This document shows positions 35,341 to 42,748 of a stretch of 42,748 bases of DNA, piece by piece. Below the pieces are notes generated by a model. The model had not been told where the DNA came from. It saw only the letters and a program-made list of their open reading frames with translations, and made no database searches. Position 1 is the first letter of the stretch, and every line of letters begins with the position of its first letter. Origin of the DNA: Alphaproteobacteria bacterium (GTDB lineage: Bacteria; Pseudomonadota; Alphaproteobacteria; Rickettsiales; 21-14-0-20-44-7). The stretch is from positions 8,037 through 50,784 of the forward strand of contig JABDBO010000002.1 in the NCBI GenBank assembly GCA_013288575.1, written 5' to 3'. The translations under genes were made by a program, and so were the position numbers.

Positions 35341-38300
35341 CTATGATACAGCCATTGATACTTGATTTGCTCTTAACATTTCCAAAGTCGCTTCTGCGAA
35401 TGCAGCAGTGCCCACGTCTTTAGGGCCGGTTCCTCTTCTTGAATCAGCAATTGCTTTACGCATAGCGCAGATATCTTCAACTTTGCCTTCTTTCAAAACT
35501 CTTCCTACAGCTTTTGAAACTACGAAGACGAAGTTATCAGGTTGTTGACGCAATTCTTCGTGTAAAGCAATTATCCGTTCAGGTGGCCTATCTGGCGTAA
35601 CCATATTGATATATCTAGTTGCTTCACTGAAAAGTATATCAGTTGCTGCAAGATATGCTTTCGCAAAAGGCCTAGTTGTTTGTTTGGAGTTGAGATCGTC
35701 TAATGTAATAATAGGAGAGTGGCAATCAACTTGGCCGTTTCTCAGTTTATGATGAGGGTCGTGAACAGCTATAAAGCCAGGGGTAGTAAAGTTATGGAAA
35801 AGGCTATTTCCGCAAGCTTCAATATCTGTAGGGGTCCAAACACCGCTTCCTCCAGTTTCGAATTGTCCGCCAGCCATTTGCATATTTCCGTTAACGAACC
35901 AGTGTAAATTAGCCTGGGCGCGCTGGAAGCAACGTCTGCCTATAGCGCCATTCACAATTATAAAGCCGCGGCTTGCGCCATGGCCTATACCATTTGCGGC
36001 AATTAAGTTGTCTTCAGGTTTATAGTCTAAAGGCATATCATTGCGTGGAGTGATAACGCATACGCCGCCTGAATTACACATACCGGCAAAGTCATTTGCG
36101 AACTCAAGGTGCTGAACAACTCCTGCTGGAGCAAATGCTGCAGAGAGGTGTCCTGGAATCCCGTCATAGCTCACAATAACTGAAGCTTCTGGTAATGGTG
36201 GTTTTCCTAATTTATAGCTCCGATGATGGTCTGGTCCGCCTAAAGCCGGGTTGCCGAAGTTGATATTTACTGTACCGGCAATATTATTACCAGGTGCTGT
36301 ATGGTTAGTGTTAACCGGCAAGTTCATTATGATCTTGCGATCTTGAGGTATGGAAGTTTTGCCAGCTTTAATCGGATAAGAAAATTTACGGCCATCTGGG
36401 CTTTCCAACTCTACGTGCGGTCTTTCTTTCTGCCATTCAGTATCCAAATATTGCGCAAGAGCCGGTAATTGCTCAATAACTATACTATCTGGTTTTGTCG
36501 GAGGTGTATAAACAGAAACGCCAGGAGTTCTTTCGTAAAGTGGGTTTCTTTGTGCCGGAGTTGAAATTAATTTATCCAACGAACCTTCAAAATTCGCTCT
36601 GACACCCATCGCACGAAGTTCTTGTCGTGATCTTAACTTAAGCACTTCATGAGCCATACCGCAGATAGAGTTTTTTTCTCCCCAGGCAACGTTTTCATAA
36701 CCTAGATCAGCGACGCAATCTAACATACTGCGGACAAAGAAAATCTCTTCGCGTTCGCCACGGCGACGTGATTCGTCAAAATTTTCACCATCAGTGGTAA
36801 TTTTTTTAGGGCAATCTGTACTGCACAAGGCCGCGGCAACGCATCCGCTGGCTCGCTCAAGTGTTCTTTTACCTATGTCAATTGCATCAGCACCGAATGC
36901 ATGGCCAATTACTCCATCTGTTCGGTTCATTGTACCACCGCTAATAATTAGCCGTACGTCATCTCGTCGACCCATTTGCAATAAGGCTTTGTGAGCTTCT
37001 AAGCAGCCAAGAAGTGCATTACCGCCAGTATGGCGAATAGATCCTTTCTTAGCAGCAGCTGTGCCACCGGTGCCGTCACCAATTACTATGTTAGTTACAC
37101 CAGATTCAGCTAGTGCAACTGCGACGCTTCCAGTTAATCTAGGGTTAGCAACAATTTTATATTCTATCACAATTCCTTTATCAGGGTTGGTAAGCTCATA
37201 CTTTCCGCCTTTTTTGATGATTTTTCTAAGGTCAAAATTCAGAGCCGTTACAGTTTTCTTGATATTTTCAATCGAGAAGAAAGTTGCCTGAGTTGGCGGG
37301 CTAACAAGCTCTCCACCTATCATACCGCCTCTGTTTTGTGCAACTGAACCTGTTACTTTGTCACCAGGTAATTGTCCGCCTTCGCCATCTTTTGCACCTT
37401 GAGAACCTTTGATACAGATAACTAATTTAGGTCTGCCGTCATGGCCCATTACAAGTGTGGCGTCGTTCTCTTCCATTAATTGTTTGGTTGATTCTGAAAG
37501 CCCAGCTTTTATTTCTTCTAATTCTTCATCTGTTATAGGGCGAAGATTTTCAGTTTCCGTGAAAGCCAGTATAGAGCTTACATCCATACCATGTTTACCA
37601 GAAGCAATTTGCACCGAATTAGAACCCGCATCTGGTTCTAAGCCGCCAACTTTTCGCTGACGTGATAACCCGCCTTCACCTAAACCATGTGATGTAGATA
37701 TGGTTTTGGCTATGAGAGCCAATTCTCTATGAGCCTGTGGAGTTATAGCGCCCTCGCTCATGTGAGCAGTCGAGTGGTTCTTCATTAAATATTTCGCTGT
37801 AGTAGTGCCTAATTGAGCATAAGTGAGTGGTGGACGCGACGAAGACAATATCAAAGCGTCTTCATGTCTCATCGGCCTTTCTTCAGTGCGGTGTTTACGG
37901 TCCGCTATTTCTATCTGTCTTAAATGAGGAGGAACTTCGTGCAAGTTAATGAATGCTTCTGAATATACTCCATTACCATTATAAAGTTCATCCTTTGGAA
38001 TGGTCTTTTTATAACGAGCATCTAAACACCAAAGTTCTTTAGGATGATCAATTAAATAATTGGCGATAACTTTCTGATAATCAGGTACTTTTTCAAGGAA
38101 TTTAGTTCTATCAGCTTCTGTAATAGTAATGCTCTTATGAACAAAGTTACGCAGAGCATCAACAAGCAGCCTTTCTTGCGGTGTTAAATTAGGGCTTCTG
38201 ATAAATCTCAAAGTTTTTATTTCTTTCTTTAAAGCCTCTTCATCACCTTGTCCTTTCCGTAATAAGGCCATACATTCGCGCAAACGAATGTTTCTTTGGT

Positions 38301-41022
38301 CAATAGACAATAAATAAATAGGGTTTTGTAAGAAATAAGCTGCATAATCTTTATATTGATGTTTAGCTCTGCTTTCAGGCATATCAATTTTTGCGACAAA
38401 TGCCTCATCATTACTTGCATCGCGGTGCGAGGATAATAAGTCAAGAAGTCTTGCCGATAACGCTTTATCATCATCATCGCTTTTCGTTGCAGCTCGGTGA
38501 TATTCGCCTATATGTTTATTCCAATATCTATCTTCACCACCAACTTTTGAAGCATCTGTGCCTGTATGCATCAGATTAAATTCCGTTGCCGGCAATCCCA
38601 TATTTTTCGCACTTTCATATGTTAAGGCGAGAACGGTCTGCGTTAGAGTTTTAACTGTCGGCCAGAATGAGTAAGGATCGGCATGCTCAGATAAAAGTCC
38701 TCTTATTTCATTAAGTGCTTCCGGATTTTTGTTGGCCACGGCAGCGAAGTGGAATGCTAACCTATTTTCATATAATGTGGAAAAGCCATTTCCGCCACCT
38801 GGTGATAGAGCACCAGGAAATGCTTCTTGAAGAACTGGGTCTGTCATATCAATACTGTCAAAATAGAATTTTCCAGCAGCGACGGCAGCACGTGTCTGAT
38901 AAAGACCAGGTTTTGCTAACTCAGCCTTGAGTCCACCATCCATATATTTATATGCGCTTTCTAAGGCCGATTGACCGCCACGTTGATGCGCTAATTCATA
39001 AAGCATTCTCGGATTAACCATGTCATAACCGCAACTGATTGCGAAGTATGAGTGGAACGGATGCATATCATCCCCAGAATCTTTAATAAGGCCGGTATCA
39101 AGGCGGGCATTATTCTTTTTAAGATGCGCGTTAATAAGGCCGCCGATGATGTTTAGATCATGCGCAGCTTTAAATGTATCAACAAATCTATCAGTAACAA
39201 CGATATGTTCGGCTCCGCCTCTGACAGCTTCAAGCGCCTGCCTTTTAAGATCTTCAAGCGATGCTCTAATTCCTTCTTCACCCAATCTAGGGTCAAAAGT
39301 TGCATCGAGTGTAGCAATTTTTCCTTGAAGCTTTGGATGTTTGTACATTTGAGCAAGGCTGCCAGGGATCATAACACCCGTATTTTCAACTATATTGGCC
39401 TCTGGTTTCTTTAAAGGATTAGGGCCAGAGTAGCTTATAGTTGTAAATAAGTGAGGTTCATTATTAGGATCACCCGCACGGTTAGTTACTTGCGCGGCAT
39501 CATTTTTGGCATGTTCGATTACTGTATATGGGATTAATGATGTAGCTGGGTTGGCCTTTACTGGGTTCATCGCGCCAACAGTATCTTTTCCTGCGTTTAA
39601 AGCTGGCAATACTATATGGTCAAGTAATGATCCATCGATACCTAATGCTCTCATTTGATCGTGGACGCTGAAATTACCTTCTTCCAAGGCCGCATATTCT
39701 GGCTTCGAATTAAGCTTTATGGTATGTTCGGCATTTAATTCAGTAAATGACTTACCTTGGTGTCTTGCTTGTTCGGCTACAATTTCTTCCAAAAGAGGAA
39801 GTCCTCTTTTAATCTCGCCAGTTTTGCAGCAAACAGTCATTACTTCGCCAGCTTCAAGTTGCGGAATACGACTAACAAGAGTGCGGCGAATGCTAGGAAT
39901 GGTGCCGCCTTCTGAAGCCGCCACAATAGTTATTTTTCCTGTAGAGCTATCTTTATAAATTTCAAAAATTGAATCGCGGTCACCAGAGTGATCATTGATA
40001 AATATATATCTATCGTTTTTAGCATCATGAACAGTGATAAAAGCTGGGCCTACAGCAGGAGGCATTGTTTTATCCCAATAGCTGAATGCTTCGCGTACTT
40101 CGCCTGTAATTTTTTTGTCGCTCCACCAAGCAGGGCGGAATAATTTAGTAACTTCGGCTAACATATCTTGGCCTTGTGATGCGCGAAGAACTAGCCACAT
40201 ATCAACAATGCGGGTATCAGAAAACGTTTCCGGTATTTTGATATCAACTCCATGAATTTCTTTCAAAATCATTTCTAAGATCTTGCGAATAGCTTCTATG
40301 GAATTAACTTCACCATTATGTGAAACTGCGTAATAAGGGTGAGAATTAGGTGCTGCAACTGGCGAATTGGTTTTTTTCCGGTGCTGGCATCTTCCTGTTG
40401 AAGTTTCAAATGCTGGGTTTTGAAAATCTTGGAAATATTGAATAACTTGGTCAGGGCGCGCAATACCTTTCATAGTAAGCATTTTTGTGCTAAGCGAACA
40501 TACGCCAAAGTCTCGTAAATCTCCGTCATTATTCGCAGCCACACCTTTAACAGTAAGCTCAATAAAGCATTCCATTAATTTATCTTCAAATACTTTTGCG
40601 TCTATACCGGCAGGGCGGTTAAAAAACACTTGAAGATAATCTGGCTCATAAAATTTCGCCAAATTGCTTAAATCACTATTATCGGTTGGAGGAACGCGTT
40701 CAATGAGATCTTGTTCGGTAATATTCAATCTTTCGCACAAAGTCTCTTTAATAATTTTGAGAGCTTTTGCTCTTGCTTCTGGAGCTTTGGGCAAGGTAAA
40801 GCTGCCTACAGCAAATTCATCTTGTTCAAAGTTAATTCCTTTATTTCCTAATACTTCACGATAAAATTTTAAAGGATGGTCAAATGAAACGCCTATACCA
40901 TGGCTTGTTTGGCGGTCAGCCTCGAGGCCGCCGCGCTCTTGCAAGTGCTCTAAAAGTTCTAAAGTCTTTTTAGTTGTATTGTAGCTTTTTTCAAAAGTAA
41001 CTACTTCACCTTTTCCGCACAT
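35341..41022 (-). CDS. Glutamate synthase large-subunit-like protein, highly divergent and oversized (1893 aa)
   Basis: Met-Cys N terminus (Ntn amidotransferase Cys1). HRKKTNS...HPYYAVSHNGEVNS. Central-domain MSEGAITPQAHRELA...GLGEGG. FMN-domain GSQGAKDGEGGQLPG and DGTGGTAAA. Putative 3Fe-4S Cys residues GCVAAALCSTDCP. GXGXG-like domain FANDFAGMCNSGGVCVI. Confidence 0.65.
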   Translation of the reverse strand: MCGKGEVVTFEKSYNTTKKTLELLEHLQERGGLEADRQTSHGIGVSFDHPLKFYREVLGNKGINFEQDEFAVGSFTLPKAPEARAKALKIIKETLCERLNITEQDLIERVPPTDNSDLSNLAKFYEPDYLQVFFNRPAGIDAKVFEDKLMECFIELTVKGVAANNDGDLRDFGVCSLSTKMLTMKGIARPDQVIQYFQDFQNPAFETSTGRCQHRKKTNSPVAAPNSHPYYAVSHNGEVNSIEAIRKILEMILKEIHGVDIKIPETFSDTRIVDMWLVLRASQGQDMLAEVTKLFRPAWWSDKKITGEVREAFSYWDKTMPPAVGPAFITVHDAKNDRYIFINDHSGDRDSIFEIYKDSSTGKITIVAASEGGTIPSIRRTLVSRIPQLEAGEVMTVCCKTGEIKRGLPLLEEIVAEQARHQGKSFTELNAEHTIKLNSKPEYAALEEGNFSVHDQMRALGIDGSLLDHIVLPALNAGKDTVGAMNPVKANPATSLIPYTVIEHAKNDAAQVTNRAGDPNNEPHLFTTISYSGPNPLKKPEANIVENTGVMIPGSLAQMYKHPKLQGKIATLDATFDPRLGEEGIRASLEDLKRQALEAVRGGAEHIVVTDRFVDTFKAAHDLNIIGGLINAHLKKNNARLDTGLIKDSGDDMHPFHSYFAISCGYDMVNPRMLYELAHQRGGQSALESAYKYMDGGLKAELAKPGLYQTRAAVAAGKFYFDSIDMTDPVLQEAFPGALSPGGGNGFSTLYENRLAFHFAAVANKNPEALNEIRGLLSEHADPYSFWPTVKTLTQTVLALTYESAKNMGLPATEFNLMHTGTDASKVGGEDRYWNKHIGEYHRAATKSDDDDKALSARLLDLLSSHRDASNDEAFVAKIDMPESRAKHQYKDYAAYFLQNPIYLLSIDQRNIRLRECMALLRKGQGDEEALKKEIKTLRFIRSPNLTPQERLLVDALRNFVHKSITITEADRTKFLEKVPDYQKVIANYLIDHPKELWCLDARYKKTIPKDELYNGNGVYSEAFINLHEVPPHLRQIEIADRKHRTEERPMRHEDALILSSSRPPLTYAQLGTTTAKYLMKNHSTAHMSEGAITPQAHRELALIAKTISTSHGLGEGGLSRQRKVGGLEPDAGSNSVQIASGKHGMDVSSILAFTETENLRPITDEELEEIKAGLSESTKQLMEENDATLVMGHDGRPKLVICIKGSQGAKDGEGGQLPGDKVTGSVAQNRGGMIGGELVSPPTQATFFSIENIKKTVTALNFDLRKIIKKGGKYELTNPDKGIVIEYKIVANPRLTGSVAVALAESGVTNIVIGDGTGGTAAAKKGSIRHTGGNALLGCLEAHKALLQMGRRDDVRLIISGGTMNRTDGVIGHAFGADAIDIGKRTLERASGCVAAALCSTDCPKKITTDGENFDESRRRGEREEIFFVRSMLDCVADLGYENVAWGEKNSICGMAHEVLKLRSRQELRAMGVRANFEGSLDKLISTPAQRNPLYERTPGVSVYTPPTKPDSIVIEQLPALAQYLDTEWQKERPHVELESPDGRKFSYPIKAGKTSIPQDRKIIMNLPVNTNHTAPGNNIAGTVNINFGNPALGGPDHHRSYKLGKPPLPEASVIVSYDGIPGHLSAAFAPAGVVQHLEFANDFAGMCNSGGVCVITPRNDMPLDYKPEDNLIAANGIGHGASRGFIIVNGAIGRRCFQRAQANLHWFVNGNMQMAGGQFETGGSGVWTPTDIEACGNSLFHNFTTPGFIAVHDPHHKLRNGQVDCHSPIITLDDLNSKQTTRPFAKAYLAATDILFSEATRYINMVTPDRPPERIIALHEELRQQPDNFVFVVSKAVGRVLKEGKVEDICAMRKAIADSRRGTGPKDVGTAAFAEATLEMLRANQVSMAVS

Positions 41023-41087
41023 AGAATTATTCCTAAGTTATTAATTAGATTAACTATTTAGCTTTCTTAATATCTCTTTATTACTTA

Positions 41088-41108
41088 TTGGTAATAATTG
41101 ATTACCAA
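41088..41108. promoter_or_regulatory. Inverted repeat TTGGTAAT-N5-ATTACCAA upstream of the GOGAT-like operon
   Basis: 8-bp perfect arms, 66-86 nt upstream of the ATG at 41022, inside a 298-bp region that is visibly very AT-rich. Candidate operator. Confidence 0.25.
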
Positions 41109-41320
41109 ATTGGGCTAAGCTAAGTCAATAAAAAATTAACGGTTAGTATTCAAAAATTAAAGACTTTTTGCTAATTACTCATTGTATTAAAAAGACTTCT
41201 CTTCTTAGTTTTTATAAAAATTCGATGAATCACATTAAAACTAACATAAATTGCCCGTTTAAATATTTTTTGTTGAAACTACAGAATTTCATGTCTATAA
41301 GGCGGAAACTGTCTTGTGTC

Positions 41321-41396
41321 GCCGACTTAGCTCAGTTGGTAGAGCTACTGATTTGTAATCAGTGGGTCGGGGGTTCGAGTCCCTCAGTCGGCACCA
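41321..41396 (+). tRNA. tRNA-Thr (anticodon UGU), CCA encoded
   Basis: Acceptor GCCGACT/AGTCGGC. D arm GCTC-AGTTGGTA-GAGC. Anticodon stem ACTGA/TCAGT with loop TTTGTAA. T arm GGGGG-TTCGAGT-CCCTC. Confidence 0.9.
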
Positions 41397-41431
41397 CCCT
41401 TCGCATATATATTCCCCAATCTCAGCTTTAT

Positions 41432-41462
41432 AAACCTAACAGCCGAACCGCATAGGTTTTTT
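41432..41462 (+). terminator. Candidate rho-independent terminator after tRNA-Thr
   Basis: AAACCTA-N14-TAGGTTT followed by TTT (6 consecutive T including the stem). Confidence 0.45.
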
Positions 41463-41509
41463 ACGTAATAAGCGTTACCCTATAGAATAATCAAATTCAA
41501 GGGGTTCAA

Positions 41510-41653
41510 ATGACTAATTTATCCAAAATTCTCTGCGCTATAGCTTTACTTTCTGTTGCCGCCTGCAGTTCGGCCAGCAGCAGCGGTTCAACACCACCAA
41601 AAGATACAACCGTAGTTGTTCCGCCAGATAGCTCAGTTTCAGTCAGTCACTAA
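41510..41653 (+). CDS. Possible 47-aa lipoprotein (MTNLSKILCAIALLSVAACSSASSSGSTPPKDTTVVVPPDSSVSVSH)
   Basis: AAGGGG lies 7 nt upstream of the ATG. Lipobox LSVAA-C. Below the track cutoff. The 3' end overlaps the convergent ORF by 11 nt. Confidence 0.4.
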   Translation: MTNLSKILCAIALLSVAACSSASSSGSTPPKDTTVVVPPDSSVSVSH

Positions 41654-42314
41654 TTATTGGTTGGTTTAAGCATTGTTTTTTGGTGAGGTCATTTATTCTT
41701 TCAAGCGCTTGGCCAGAAAAAATTACGCCGTCACTTGATATATTTAATCCTGCACTATGCAGCGCATCAATTGCCCATGTATTGCATGTGTGGAGCAAAT
41801 TATATTCACTAATTGCTGCATAAAATAATCCCGCTGGGTCAGTGCTCTTAGCAACAACGCGTGGTTTATTCTCTGCATCTCTTGCCAAATCATCGCTAAT
41901 AAATTTAGATAAAGCCGCAGCACCACCTGGTGGCAAATTAATTGCAATAGTATCTTCAGGTGGGTAGGCTTCAAGCGGTGTTGCGCGAATTCCAATTGTA
42001 TGAATTACAGCCGGGCCGGGAACGGGTCCGAGTATATATTCGCTGATAGTTTGCGGCGGGGCAGTGACGAATGTCTTCTTGCCGTAACCGAATATTATCA
42101 CCTTCGCGCCAGGATAAATTTTTGCATAAAACGCTAAATCTTTGCCGAGCTCTTTAACGGGAATGGCTATATCAGTATGCCATCCGCGGCTAATTATATA
42201 AACAACATCGGCGGATTTTTCATCACGGTTGGTTACAGAATCGCAAGTTTTATTGAATGAGCTACATGCTGTAATAACAATAAACATGAGCAAAAGAGAA
42301 GCATATTTCCACAT
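41643..42314 (-). CDS. Lipoprotein of the DUF2459 (urease-region conserved hypothetical) family
   Basis: Signal and lipobox FIVITA-C. YIISRGWHTDIAIP and HTCNTWA motifs as I remember them for this family. The assignment is from memory only. Confidence 0.5.
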   Translation of the reverse strand: MWKYASLLLMFIVITACSSFNKTCDSVTNRDEKSADVVYIISRGWHTDIAIPVKELGKDLAFYAKIYPGAKVIIFGYGKKTFVTAPPQTISEYILGPVPGPAVIHTIGIRATPLEAYPPEDTIAINLPPGGAAALSKFISDDLARDAENKPRVVAKSTDPAGLFYAAISEYNLLHTCNTWAIDALHSAGLNISSDGVIFSGQALERINDLTKKQCLNQPIISD

Positions 42315-42346
42315 GCAAACTCTATAACTGATTTCAAATTATTACT

Positions 42347-42631
42347 CTATAGTGATTGTGCCTCAGCTTTTAGCCAACTTTTTACCAGCTCAACCTTTTC
42401 AGCTTTGGTCATAGATTTTATTTTAGCTTCGCGAACAAGGGCCGCGCTTTTGCTTTTAAAGCTCTTTCTATAAACCAATTTCAATGGTGCTCTGCCGCGT
42501 GTATATTTTGCGCCTTTGCCAGTTTCATGCAGAGTTAATCGGCGTTTTACATCAATTGTAATTCCTGTGTAAAAACTGCCGTCCTTACATTCAATTATAT
42601 ATAATTCCCAAATTTGCTTAGGCTTTTTCAT
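42347..42631 (-). CDS. GIY-YIG nuclease superfamily protein (UPF0213-like)
   Basis: WELYIIECKDGSFYTGITIDVKRRLTLHETGKGAKYTRGR is the GIY-YIG core with YTG and the conserved Arg. 94 aa. Confidence 0.75.
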   Translation of the reverse strand: MKKPKQIWELYIIECKDGSFYTGITIDVKRRLTLHETGKGAKYTRGRAPLKLVYRKSFKSKSAALVREAKIKSMTKAEKVELVKSWLKAEAQSL

Positions 42632-42748
42632 CCAAGATTATGTAATTGTTGCAGCTTTGCAACCCTCTGAATCTTTGAGTTTTCTAGGATTGCAGCTTAT
42701 TCGCCAAATTATGCTAAAAAATTATTTAAAACTACTTTTTTTATTATG

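Noticed and set aside
36794-39958. Numerous 60-84 aa ORFs on both strands inside 35341..41022
   Set aside because: All are nested within the 1893-aa GOGAT-like frame, which carries the domain motifs. These are short frame shadows.
41168-41455. 95-aa plus-strand ORF
   Set aside because: It reads straight through tRNA-Thr (41321..41396) and AT-rich spacer, so it is an artefact of an open frame.
41629-41638. 10-mer TAGCTCAGTT identical to the tRNA-Thr D-arm region (41328-41337), considered as a tRNA fragment or att repeat
   Set aside because: It is too short. It matches the 5' part rather than the 3' end that integrases usually duplicate, and no integrase is nearby.

Overview
This 42.7 kb window looks like an ordinary chromosomal segment of a low-GC (about 40%) alphaproteobacterium-like genome. 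The lineage call is an inference from gene content: PhaR, ApaG, tandem DUF2336 genes, an NDUFA9-like SDR, and an rsmI/yraN/BON/LpoA-like neighbourhood. I support about 40 CDS, 2 tRNAs (Gly-GCC on the minus strand, Thr-UGU on the plus strand) and a few hairpins and terminators. I found no rRNA, CRISPR array, transposase, integrase or phage genes. Most genes are housekeeping: rsmI, folC, apaG, lolA, ispB, purA, ppa, and a PHA regulator and synthase. Many neighbours overlap by 1-4 nt (ATGA, GTGA or TAATG junctions), which implies tight operons. Four things stand out. (1) A translationally coupled TonB-dependent receptor / YfiR-like (DUF4154) / orphan histidine kinase operon at 13631-17790. It is preceded by a LuxI/FeeM-like GNAT N-acyl synthase. 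I read it as a YfiBNR-style envelope signalling module with a swapped outer-membrane partner and a swapped output. This is my best candidate for an undescribed system. (2) A very divergent, oversized glutamate-synthase-like pair (1893 aa plus 732 aa) at 33135-41022, with atypical Arg codon usage in the codons I checked. (3) Two tandem paralogous small secreted proteins that share a C-terminal YYDCLxNxL motif. (4) Several orphan or unclassifiable proteins: a 372-aa glycine-rich ORF, an orphan pilin and an orphan LapG-like protease. All family calls come from motif recognition by eye. No searches were run.
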